Assembly: GCA_950097015.1 (NCBI GenBank)
Contig: CATNEN010000025.1
Span: 4,154,001-4,218,000 of the forward strand
DNA from: Macrostomum hystrix
Lineage: Eukaryota > Animalia > Platyhelminthes
DNA length: 64,000 nucleotides
Direction of reading: 5' to 3'
Within the stretch, counting starts at the first letter, position 1, and each line of letters starts with the position of its first letter. Of this stretch, positions 51,216 to 61,650 are shown piece by piece. The position numbers and the translations under genes were made by a program. Under the pieces are notes generated by a model. It had not been told where the DNA came from. It made no database searches and worked only from the letters and a program-made list of their open reading frames with translations.

Positions 51216-53228
51216 GGTACTTCTAGTATTTGTTCTTATTCTAGAGCAATGGTTGAAATTGTACCAGTTCTTCCCAAAAAGCAAGACCCTACAAATTACT
51301 GCTTAATGTATCAATAAGGCATTCACAAAATTTCCAGCTTGGTAATATATTTTCAAACAGGCCTTGCTTATATTGATAAAAGTAGGCTTCAAGGGGGTTT
51401 GAAGTTAATATAATTCTTAATAATAATATTATAATATTATAATATTATTATAATTAAAGTTAAGCCAATTAATATAAGACTATAACTGTCAAATTTTAAG
51501 TGACCTTTAAGTAAAAATGCTACACCAAAGATCACTGCTCATATTTTTGAAATTACCAAGCTTCTCTGCTTATTATATAAAAAGCAACTCCTTATTTGAT
51601 ATATGTTTCATTATAATATATAAATTTATTAAATTAGCTATAATTAGGCAATAAACACACATTCCCTTTGCCTTATATATTAGCATATATTGCACACCTG
51701 GATCAAAGACTTTGTACTTAATTAAAATGGCACAATACATTTTTAGCCTAGGCCTGGTGTGGACACAATACAAAAAATTATAGACAGCCTGGCTATAGGC
51801 CTAATGCTTTGATAATCATTAGATAATAGTTTATACAATTTAAATGTTAAATAAAAGGTGTACCATTCACAAGACAATGTAGACCTGCAAAATATAACAG
51901 ATTACAATAAAATATGGGGAGTTAGGACATGGCAGCCATGCCCTAAACTTGTGTGTTGCCGTGAAGAGATCGTCTTTACGGCGAATGCTGGCTATATCTT
52001 AGATGGGTTACAGAGCTACTCAATGGATTTCACTTGAAACAAAGCTACAGCTACAGTTCAAATTAGTCACTGATAAAATAACAACCAGCACTCAGTCGTA
52101 GAACAAGCCCGGGGGGTGAGGGAGCCTTCCTGGAAAGGCCTACTTAGCACATTTGAATACGAACTACGACAATGTAGTACACTAAAACAAAACCATTATA
52201 AATATTAATGGAAAACCGAAGAAATATCCCTAACAATTATAGCTAACGAAAATAATGCACATAATTCGAACTAGCATATTAAAATAACATTAAATTATAG
52301 AGACAACGTCACACTTGCCTAAATTCTAAATGTGTAGGCTTAGTCTAGAACATCCAGACGGGATTTAAGTGTCAATCAATATTAGGTAGTTTAACCTTGA
52401 TATAATCTCAGACACAGTGCAATTATTACAAGATTACAATGTTAACATCCAATATTATTTGGTAGTTATAAATGTAAAAAAACTCAAAAATTTTGTCACT
52501 TGGCACGTGTTTATAAATTATAATAAATTGACGTAGCTGTAAAGTGAAAACGTAGGCCTACATCAGAAACATGAAGAAACATTAAACATAAAAACAAACA
52601 GGCTTATTTTTAGGTGGACAATTCGACTTAAGCTTTGTTTTTAGGACAATGTTTCTTACTCCTTGGCCCTCTAGTATTTATTTCTGGCTTTCATTTGATA
52701 ATGCACACATCACTAGAGGATCACCACAGTTGACAGTTCATTTAAGTAATTATCCACGGGGATGATAACTCTTATAAGTAGAACAGCGTTTGTAATTGTG
52801 TGCCTTGCATAAGTGATGTTTACTTTCAACATGATCGAAATTTGTTATAAATGATTTTAAATATTGTCGCGTAGTCGTTTATGGCGATATATTATTGCGT
52901 TTGTTGATAAGAAAAGATACATTAACCAGCCAAAATTTCTGCTGAACCCTGTAAATGCCATGCAAATTCTAAGAGTACAAACAATTATAAGTTAAAGCAT
53001 TATTCTGAGATAAGCTATGCGCATTATCTTAATGAGTTTTTCATGACTAGAAACAACTAATTCAGCACCTGGCGTTATTCCCATGAGTAGAAAATCCAAA
53101 AAGGCCTCGTAGTCATGCAGCAGTGTCCTTCGACAGTTCGATTGTTTTACATTTGTTAGAAGTAAGAACAGAGGAGCTGAAAGCAGCATTCAAATCGGTG
53201 CATAATCATATAAGATCAGTAGAATAGA

Positions 53229-56096
53229 ATGGCATCACGACTCTTGTTAGTCGTTACCTTAACTATTCAATTGATGTGCACCTTTGGTCAGCAATGCGAT
53301 ATCGACTTTCAGGCCGTGCTACAGAAAGCAAATCTAATAAGCTGTGCCAGTGACAAAGACTTCAATCAAGACTGCTCTCTGCTGCATCACCTGAATCGAT
53401 TGGCCGACGAGAAAAATGTCGAACTCAGAAGCCTGACTGAGCGAGTCGCGGTGGCAGTGGTTCTCTCAAGCCAGCTCGCGACTAATATCAAAGCGGCCTG
53501 GAATAAAAACAGGGAAGCGCAAACAGCCAGACACCTGGCCTTCGTAGCCGAGATCAACTGCTCCGCTGCAGACGTTTGTGAGCAGATTCGCAACAACTGC
53601 CCCAGCTCTGATGCCAATGACATACTTTTACTCAGCGCCTACTGCTCCGAAAGTGTCGCGTGCGCACCAATAGGAGCTCGCATGGATCAAGATGGACAAC
53701 TGTCGATGCTGCCAGACTTGCTCAGCTACGTCTCATTCCGTCTACTCGAGCGTCAGCTTTTCATTGCTAAGGAGCTCAACGAAGTTTGGCTATCAGTTTC
53801 CAGCAAAAGTGAGTACCTGATCCAGAATGAGATGCAAAGTGCCCACGGCAACCGATTTAGTGAAGACAGAATTCCCGTGGCAATGTTTGTAGCCTGGCCT
53901 TTGCGAACCAACGCTTACTATCATCAGTTCTCACTGTTTCTAGATGCAGCTCTAAGTCTAAAGAAGCTGTTTTCCTTTCACATTGTTGAAGTTCAAATTA
54001 GTCGCATCAAGGAATACTCGGCGCGACCATTCTACCGCTACGAGTTTGAGAACCATCAAGCCTACCTGGGCTTGTACACAAAGAGCCACTGCAACTCAAA
54101 GCCTAACTGGGCTTTCGACTGCAAACCGCTAGTAGCCAATGCTGATCTGCTTCTGACATCGCAGCAGTTTTCCAGCTTCTTGCTCCACAATGCACTGAAT
54201 GGGCTTAGCATAAAACCTGATGATGCCGCAGTATGCCCGTTTCCAGCATTCTCCCGACATAACGAGTGGATTGACGCGTTCTCAATACTATCCGACTCCT
54301 ACGTTATCGAAGTTGCGCCTGATGAAAGCATGCTCACGGATCCTTTTCACGACTGGGAAAGACTAAAGGATATGTCAGTTAATCTTGGAGGACTATTCGG
54401 TCTCAAATTCTATCCTGTAATAGTGACGAAGTCTCTTGCACTTGATTTAACCGCCAAGCTGGACACTAAGCTCCACCTATCCAAGGGTATTTGTGAGAAG
54501 TCTTGCTTCCTTATCCGAATGCCAGGCGCTGGATTTGAGCTGTTGGACATGTCTGATTCGCTGATGAAGTTGGAGACTGCAGTTCAACAAGCCTTCACTC
54601 AGCAGAATGAATGGCAACACACAGCTACTATTTCGCTGCATAACATTCAAAATTTCAACCAAGCCGAACTGCCCAGTGAGCTGACCAACTGTGGGCACAT
54701 TGCTGCTGGAAGCTGCAAAGCCGGGTCAGTATCTTCAGCGGGACGGTCAGCGCCACACGGAACCTTTGTTAAGGACGTCGGTGTTATAGAAGGCCGCGTT
54801 GACGCATTCGTTGAGCAATCGAAATTCACCGACGTAATTTACAACACAACAGACGTTCTGGTTGTCGAGCAAAACCAGGAGCTCTTTGATAGCTTTCTGC
54901 TCAAACTAGGCGTTGAGAAGCCGTGGCTAGTGCTGTTCTCAGTGTCCTGGAGTCCTGTATGCAAAGCGGCGCGTGCAATTTGGTCCGCCGTGGCCCAGTG
55001 TATAAAGCGTTCTGGCTCACAGGATGTTCAATTGGTCAAACTGGACTGCTTTGAGGCAAATGCAATTTGCAACTACCTGGAAGTCAACACCTACCCGACA
55101 ATCGCATTATTCAAGCGAGGCAGAAAACTGAGCACATACACAGGCCCCATCAGTGTTGGACGCCTGTGCGGCTTTGTCAGTTTAGCCCTAGCGCCACAAC
55201 CGATGCTTCATAGTCAGTCAGTGAAACAGACGAGCAAACTGCTAGGGCAATTTCTGCCTCTAATGTCGCGCGCATTCGTCATCAGTGGGTCAGATATTTC
55301 TCCGTCGATAGCGAGACTCGCGAGTGAAATCTATCCAAACGAAGTATTTATATTTGAAGAGCTTAACAAAATCGAGCAGAGCGAAACTTATTTAAGGGCA
55401 TTTTATCACGAATCTTATCCAGACAGCAAGCAGTTTTCAGGAAATATCGGCAACTTTGAGAGCCTGAAGCAGTTTGTGATCAGAGGTCATCTCGATGTAA
55501 TCTTTCCATGCAATTGGGAATACCTAGTTGAGGCTGTGAACAGCACACGACCTCTCGTTGTCCTATTCCACACGACAACAATGTCCGATCACCTCGAACT
55601 GCTGAGACATCTAGGTGAGAAATTCATCGAGAAGGGTGCAAGCATTTGCCACTTGGTGCTGCATGAAAATCTTGAACTAGACGACCTGGTGCAACAAGTC
55701 GCTGGTCACAGCCTGCCGGCGCTGGTCTTGCTAGCGGGAGACAGGACGATGCTCCACCAACTTCCTCTGGGCCCAATATCGCCCGATGCCCTGGTGATGA
55801 AGGCATCCGATTGGGTTGCCAGAGGGCTCCATGGCGGGCTGACTGTCGATGGCAGGCCGGTAGAGAGGCTGAAGCCCTGGGAGCCGGCCTTCGTGGCGTA
55901 CAATTTCGTCGAACAGATTTACAAAGGAAATCGCAGCGCTTCCAGGACTCGGCAAGGCCGCGGCGCCAGCGGCAGCAGATTTTTTTCTCCAACCAGCCAC
56001 AATGACACAGACTCCGATGCAGGCGAGCCGGCTGGGTCAAGGACTTCTAGCGATGAAGCTGCATCGGCAAACCAGTTTGTTCACGAAGAACTGTGA
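53229..56096 (+). CDS. TXNDC16: Thioredoxin domain-containing protein 16 (ERp90)-like ER protein, 955 aa, intronless
   Basis: Signal peptide (MASRLLLVVTLTIQLMCTFG), a thioredoxin fold with a non-canonical WSPVC site followed by VKLDC...C...VNTYPTI, a C-terminal WEPAFVAYNF (TXNDC16 has WKPPLPAYDF), and an ER-retrieval-like HEEL end. AATAAA at 56215. Confidence 0.72.
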   Translation: MASRLLLVVTLTIQLMCTFGQQCDIDFQAVLQKANLISCASDKDFNQDCSLLHHLNRLADEKNVELRSLTERVAVAVVLSSQLATNIKAAWNKNREAQTARHLAFVAEINCSAADVCEQIRNNCPSSDANDILLLSAYCSESVACAPIGARMDQDGQLSMLPDLLSYVSFRLLERQLFIAKELNEVWLSVSSKSEYLIQNEMQSAHGNRFSEDRIPVAMFVAWPLRTNAYYHQFSLFLDAALSLKKLFSFHIVEVQISRIKEYSARPFYRYEFENHQAYLGLYTKSHCNSKPNWAFDCKPLVANADLLLTSQQFSSFLLHNALNGLSIKPDDAAVCPFPAFSRHNEWIDAFSILSDSYVIEVAPDESMLTDPFHDWERLKDMSVNLGGLFGLKFYPVIVTKSLALDLTAKLDTKLHLSKGICEKSCFLIRMPGAGFELLDMSDSLMKLETAVQQAFTQQNEWQHTATISLHNIQNFNQAELPSELTNCGHIAAGSCKAGSVSSAGRSAPHGTFVKDVGVIEGRVDAFVEQSKFTDVIYNTTDVLVVEQNQELFDSFLLKLGVEKPWLVLFSVSWSPVCKAARAIWSAVAQCIKRSGSQDVQLVKLDCFEANAICNYLEVNTYPTIALFKRGRKLSTYTGPISVGRLCGFVSLALAPQPMLHSQSVKQTSKLLGQFLPLMSRAFVISGSDISPSIARLASEIYPNEVFIFEELNKIEQSETYLRAFYHESYPDSKQFSGNIGNFESLKQFVIRGHLDVIFPCNWEYLVEAVNSTRPLVVLFHTTTMSDHLELLRHLGEKFIEKGASICHLVLHENLELDDLVQQVAGHSLPALVLLAGDRTMLHQLPLGPISPDALVMKASDWVARGLHGGLTVDGRPVERLKPWEPAFVAYNFVEQIYKGNRSASRTRQGRGASGSRFFSPTSHNDTDSDAGEPAGSRTSSDEAASANQFVHEEL

Positions 56097-56582
56097 TTGG
56101 CTGGTAAATTGACTTGGACCAATCCCATTGCTGCATGGAATCTTGTGAACGTACTCTTAGCTATGAAGCTTACAAGCATACTGTCAAATATTCGTAAGAC
56201 AATTTCTTTCGGCGAATAAATATAGAAATTTCAACAAATAGAAACCAGGTAAAAAGTTAATTTTAAGGATACAACTGTGTCTATGAAAAATAGTTTTTAT
56301 AACTCATGTTAGTTTTTTAAACGTAAAAGAAACTTTGAACGCTGGTTATCTCTTAGGTGGAGCTGCAGTTTCTTAGAATATTTAAATATATAAAAAATCT
56401 TGCTCTAAAAGAATCAAGGATGGCAACGACTAGAAGTTGAAACAACCTTAAATTTGCAAATATAATTAGTAGATACAGTTCAAAGGTATAGTTTTTTTCC
56501 ACTAAAGAACGAATCAACAACAAGGGAGTTATGGAGTGATGTAATTCCAGTTTCATAGCTCTAGAGGCGCGCACCTACTAAC

Positions 56583-57678
56583 TCAGCCATGCAGATAGGT
56601 GGCAACGCAGTCGGACTGGCTGAGAAAGTCGCGCACGTCGCCGTCAAACTTGGCCAGGCTTTCCAGCACGCGGAGCAGCCGGTTCAGAGGCAGGCTGGCG
56701 GACTCCGACAGCGTCGAATCCGCGTCGGCCACGCGAAGTTGCCATTCGTCAGTGCCAACTGTGAAGGTCGGCACCTTCAGCAGGTTGTCAGTATTGGCAC
56801 AGCCAAGTGGCCAGTCATCGATGAGAACCGTCCGAGCTGGGTCGCGTCCGATTGCATCGATGTCTTTGAATAGCAGCGGCTGGGGCGCCAGGCCAGCCCA
56901 GGTGCAGGCTTTGCGGGCCAAGACGCTGGCAATGACCCCGTCGCGATCGATCTGGACAACGAGTTTTTTTGTTAAAATGCAATGAAACTCTCAGTCAAAT
57001 CTCTTTGCGTCTAGAAACTGCATTCTATTTTGACAGCGTCAACTTCAATGTTGACAAATTGAATAGAATAAAATGGTTTACCTACCTGGGTCACCAGACA
57101 CCTGGCCAGCTGCAAGGTAGCTGTGCTGTAGGCTACGCACTCGAATCCTAGACTATCTAGTGCTGAAAGGAATCGGTCGAGTCCGGGCCGCTTGTACACT
57201 GCGTACCTGTTCCTCCTAAAGCTGTCTGGCGTCTCAGGCAGCAGCAGGATTAGGTCGGCTGTGCTGTGTCTGCGGAGTGAGTTAGGGGCAGATCGGGCGA
57301 AGCTTTGCGTCTTTGTAGTTTTCCTATTTTGTGAGTGCGCTAAGGACTCAGAGGAATGAGCAAAGTATGAAATGAATTAAATAAGACTGTAATTATCCTC
57401 AGTCCTCACTGCTTCATCGCCTCCCAGCCTGTCCAGTCGTCACCGCCCGTCTCAGACACTCGCCGGCAGCTCAGCAAGGTTCCCTCCAGGTCTAGCAGCA
57501 ATGTGACGCTGCCCAGCCGGTCGGGATGCTTGTGCTTCAGCAGCGGCACAGTTGGCGGCTGCAGGTTGCTCTTGTGCTTCTGTTGCAGCCGCTTATAGTG
57601 CGGTCGGTTGCGAAGAAACTGTTGAAACGGCTGCCCGCTAACCTCGCGACACCAACTGTCAAGGTGGTTGAGCGACAT
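56583..57678 (-). CDS. FCP1/SCP (NIF-domain) HAD phosphatase homolog with degenerate motif I (DLEGT), 273 aa, 3 exons
   Basis: Exons 57678-57410, 57269-57086 and 56951-56583. Introns are GTGAGG...CCTAAC...CCGCAG and GTAGGT...GTCCAG, and splicing keeps the frame. Motifs: TLLLDLEGTL, VYKRPGLDRFL, FECVAYSTA, FKDIDAIGRDPARTVLIDD, DNLLKV, and LLRVLESL...DVRDFL. Confidence 0.85.
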
Positions 57679-57867
57679 TTTTTACAACACAATCGATGAG
57701 ATTAGTCTAATAAGGAAAAAAGGATCATTTTAGCAGTTGAAAATGTCATATTAATTACTCAAGTTATTGCGCTTGAAATCTGCGACTTGCTTCCATAGAC
57801 AATGAGATTACTTGCACATTCGAAGAAATGCTTGCTAAATAAGAACAAAAAATATCATCTAAGGAGG

Positions 57868-58635
57868 TGCCACTATAAGGATTTGGGGACGCCACTATAA
57901 GGATTTGGGGAAGCCACAATAAGGATTTGGGGACGCCACTATAAGGATTTGGGGACGCCACTATAAGGATTTGGGGACGCCACTATAATGATTTGGGGAC
58001 GCCACTATAATGACTTGGGGACGCCACAATAAGGATTTGGGGACGCCACTATAAGGATTTGGGGACGCCACTATAAGGATTTGGGGACGCCACTATAAGG
58101 ATTTGGGGACGCCACTATAAGGATTTGGGGACGCCACAATAAGGATTTGGGGATGCCACAATAAGGATTTGGGGACGCCACTATAAGGATTTGGGGACGC
58201 CACTATAAGGATTTGGGGACGCCACTATAAGGATTTGGGGACGCCACTATAAGGATTTGGGGACGCCACTATAAGGATTTGGGGACGCCACAATAAGGAT
58301 TTGGGGACGCCACTATAAGGATTTGGGGACGCCACTATAAGGATTTGGGGACGCCACTATAAGGATTTGGGGACGCCACTATAAGGATTTGGGGACGCCA
58401 CTATAAGGATTTGGGGACGCCACTATAAGGATTTGGGGACGCCACAATAAGGATTTGGGGACGCCACTATAAGGATTTGGGGACGCCACAATAAGGATTT
58501 AGGGGCGCCAATGTAAGGATTTAGGGGTCGCAAATATATCGATTTTAGGGGGTGCCACAATAAGGATTTGGTGACGCCACTATAAGGATTTGGGGGGTGC
58601 CACAATCAGGATTTAGGGGCGCCAATGTGAGGATT
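57868..58635. repeat. 22-bp minisatellite (ATAAGGATTTGGGGACGCCACT), about 34 units, degenerating to the right
   Basis: Direct periodicity. Confidence 0.95.
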
Positions 58636-58740
58636 TAAGTCGTCATAAATCATAATCATAACTTAGTTTAGCAACAATCTAAAGCACTTTCGCAAAAGTT
58701 TATTTTAATTCAGCAATAACCTAATGCAGTTTAAACTCTG

Positions 58741-59234
58741 TAGAATGGGATTCTTTAGAATGGGATTCTTTAGCATGGGATTCTTTAGAATGGGATTCTT
58801 TAGCATGGGATTCTTTATCACGGGATTCTCTAGGATGGGATTCTTTATCACGGGATTCTTTAGAATGGAATTCTTTAGAATGGAATTCTTTAGCATGGAA
58901 TTCTTTAGAATGGGATTCTTTAGCATGGGATTCTTTAGAATGGGATTCTTTAGCATGGGATTCTTTATCACGGGATTCTCTAGGATGGGATTCTTTATCA
59001 CGGGATTCTTTAGAATGGAATTCTTTAGAATGGAATTCTTTAGCATGGAATTCTTTAGAATGGGATTCTTTAGCATGGGATTCTTTAGAATGGGATTCTT
59101 TAGCATGGGATTCTTTATCACGGGATTCTCTAGGATGGGATTCTTTATCACGGGATTCTTTAGAATGGAATTCTTTAGAATGGAATTCTTTAGCATGGAA
59201 TTCTTTAGAATGGGATTCTTTAGCATGGGATTCT
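58741..59234. repeat. 15-bp minisatellite (TAGAATGGGATTCTT) with a 150-bp higher-order repeat
   Basis: The TCACGGGATTCTCTAGG variant occurs at 58818, 58968 and 59118. Confidence 0.95.
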
Positions 59235-59648
59235 TATATTACTGAAAACTGAAATACCGTTTAAACAGACAGACAGACAGATCTTAGAGATTCATAGTAT
59301 AGTTTGAATGAAATAAAAAGTATTGGTGGATTTTCACATTGGTGAAGTAAAGTGAATCACTAAGGAGTTAAGTACACTAGTCGTCATTCTTTCTGAATCG
59401 ATTGGTTTTGCTACATAAATGTCCGAAGACAGGCATGTGCGGAGTTGTGCATTGTCACCTTTAACAAGGCCGGATATGGGTGGGGGGTATGCCGTTCTGA
59501 CCGCCTCAGAGAAGCAAGGATAGTGAATGCATGCCAGATGATGGACGATTGATTTTAAGGACCGATTAACTTCTTGCCAAGTTGAATGCGCACGCTTGAA
59601 TGCGGCTCACGCTCGGAGTGCCGAAAACGTGCAGGCGCGCGGATTAAA

Positions 59649-59723
59649 CAGGAAGTTTTCTAGCCAGCAATTTAATATAAATTTGCAATAACAGCTGCCA
59701 AAAGCTTCAGTTGTCTGACGTCA
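59649..59723 (+). promoter_or_regulatory. Candidate promoter cluster upstream of the DNPH1-like gene
   Basis: An ETS-like CAGGAAGT (59649), TATAAA (59676) and a full CRE TGACGTCA (59716) lie within 75 bp next to a CpG-rich patch. This is a motif match only. Confidence 0.35.
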
Positions 59724-60102
59724 GCTCCGCTTTGCGCGTAAGTGTGTCTGGCTTAATTTTATTAACACATGCAGGCATTTTTCATAAATTGCTTCTGATT
59801 TCATTTAGAGGGAGGATAGTTAAAAGCAGAAAGTTCTCTTCAGGAATTCCAAATACTCGCCGTGTTTGCTTTTCTCTGTAGCTCCAGGAATATTCAACCA
59901 ATCGCTATGAAAATCGACAAAGCTTTTCCGCTCTATCCGATGAAACAACTTACAGAGGCACAATAAGAGTGAAGACTTTAGCCATAGACATGGAAGGACA
60001 GTAAAGTGAACAACAGTATTTAGAAATTTGTAAGAAGGTTAACTGGGAGCTTCTGACCGGCTCTGCAACACATTTGTTAATTGCAGCATCCAACGTCATA
60101 AA

Positions 60103-60582
60103 ATGTCGAACGATAAGAAGATCTACTTTGCGGCGGCTGTGTCGGCCGTCATCCAGCACTTGGACGCTGGCAAGAGGGGCATCGAAGATGAGAAGAAAAT
60201 GTGGTGCGATGATCTGTACGAGCACATCAAAACTAAGGGCATAGTGACCAACCCTGACCTATGGGAAACTGTGCTGAAGACTGCAAGCGAAGGTGGCACC
60301 AAACCAGAAGATGTGTACAAGTACTCCATCACGGATGGAGTGCTGCAGAGCAGCCACGTGATCGCCGAGGTGAGTCGCCTGTCGCACGGCGTCGGCATGG
60401 AGATCGGCATCGCCATCGCCAATGGAATTCCCGTCCTGTGCCTGTACCGTGTCTTTGAAGGCGGACAATTTGCCAAGCCCGACAACCTGTCGCGAATGGT
60501 TCGCGGTGCTCCAGTGACCCTGGTCGAGTACAACAGCGTCCAGGAAGCCAAGGATGCCATCGATAGTTTCATTGGAAATTGA
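60103..60582 (+). CDS. DNPH1: Nucleoside 2-deoxyribosyltransferase-family N-glycosidase (DNPH1/Rcl-like), 159 aa, no intron in the CDS
   Basis: KIYFA, VIAEVSRLSHGVGMEIGIA, PVLCLYR and LSRMVRG match the family motifs (YFCGS, VVAEVTQPSLGVGYELGRA, ILCLFR, LSAMIRG). AATAAA at 60643. The family call is firm; orthology is less certain. Confidence 0.8.
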   Translation: MSNDKKIYFAAAVSAVIQHLDAGKRGIEDEKKMWCDDLYEHIKTKGIVTNPDLWETVLKTASEGGTKPEDVYKYSITDGVLQSSHVIAEVSRLSHGVGMEIGIAIANGIPVLCLYRVFEGGQFAKPDNLSRMVRGAPVTLVEYNSVQEAKDAIDSFIGN

Positions 60583-61453
60583 AGTCAAGTTACTGGACTA
60601 TGAACTACTTATAGTAGTTATGAAACAACTTTTTGAAGACTCAATAAATAAATTCGAATATTCGCTGTCAAGAAGAAGCTAAAATTATGTTTCAGGAAAT
60701 CACAATAGCAAAGTGTGCAATTGAGCAACTAAAGTTTTTTTATAGTAGAATTACTCTCGCATAAACATATCTAAGCATTTCAACACTTTAACAAATAAGT
60801 CCAATTAATATGATATGCGGTTTAAAAAAATTAGCTAATTATGGACTCAGCCAAGTAGGAATGCCGCAGTTAGTGTAAGCACGATAACAGATTATAACTT
60901 TATAAATATTAGATATAATATTTACGCCTGCATACAAAATAAAAGTACAAATTTCCAAATTTAATTAAACTAACAATAAGATAGTGAAATTGTGATACAA
61001 AAAACCGCTAGTACCAATTGAAACTGCATTATGTGTGTGTGGAATATATGTATTATACTACTACTGAAAAACAGTAGTTTAGTAGCAAATTATAGAAACG
61101 AAGTTAAAAATAATAAATAGAAACGGTAAGTAGAGGAATGTTTTAAAAAAATATTGGAGTTGTAAGTGCATTTCTATGAAGGAAGACATTGTGACAAACA
61201 ATTAATTGGTTGTTAAATAAAGTAGCGTGAGTGTCATGTAATAGCTTATATGTGCGAGCTATATACACACATAGTAAAATAGTTAGAGATTCGAAAATAC
61301 TCTTAGATGTAACTTCGAATGTTTCTCAAACAAGACAACCTGAAGATTAAGCAAATTCTTTTTGTTAAGATATTTTAAATCGATTTTAACGAATAGGGGG
61401 CATAGATGTCTTCAGTGCAAAGTATTCTTTTGTACACAGAAAGTGCATGAAAA

Positions 61454-61456
<3 letters not shown>

Positions 61457-61494
<38 letters not shown>
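61457..61494. repeat. (TGAT)n microsatellite
   Basis: About 9 perfect tetranucleotide units. Confidence 0.95.
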
Positions 61495-61496
<2 letters not shown>

Positions 61497-61650
61497 AATC
61501 ACAGCAGCTTTTCCGACAATGGTGTGGCACAGTTTTTCCTGAAAGCATCGATATTTTAGCAAGGCATGCCTAGAAAGCAGACCGAACTAGTAATGAAACA
61601 TTTGAACAGGCAGTTAAAAAAAGCACTCGATCCCAATGTTGATTCACAGG

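Noticed and set aside
52992-53189. 65-aa minus-strand ORF divergent from TXNDC16
   Set aside because: It is short, has no recognisable motif and no convincing splice partners. It could be a transposon fossil, but I cannot support that.
56583-57678. Calling the NIF-domain gene TIMM50 or CTDNEP1
   Set aside because: It has no N-terminal presequence or transmembrane helix, and motif I matches neither protein, so I left the symbol empty.
58705-59245. MGFFR/KNPIL pentapeptide-repeat ORFs on both strands
   Set aside because: A 15-bp minisatellite is open on both strands. The near-perfect nucleotide repeats show no codon-level divergence.
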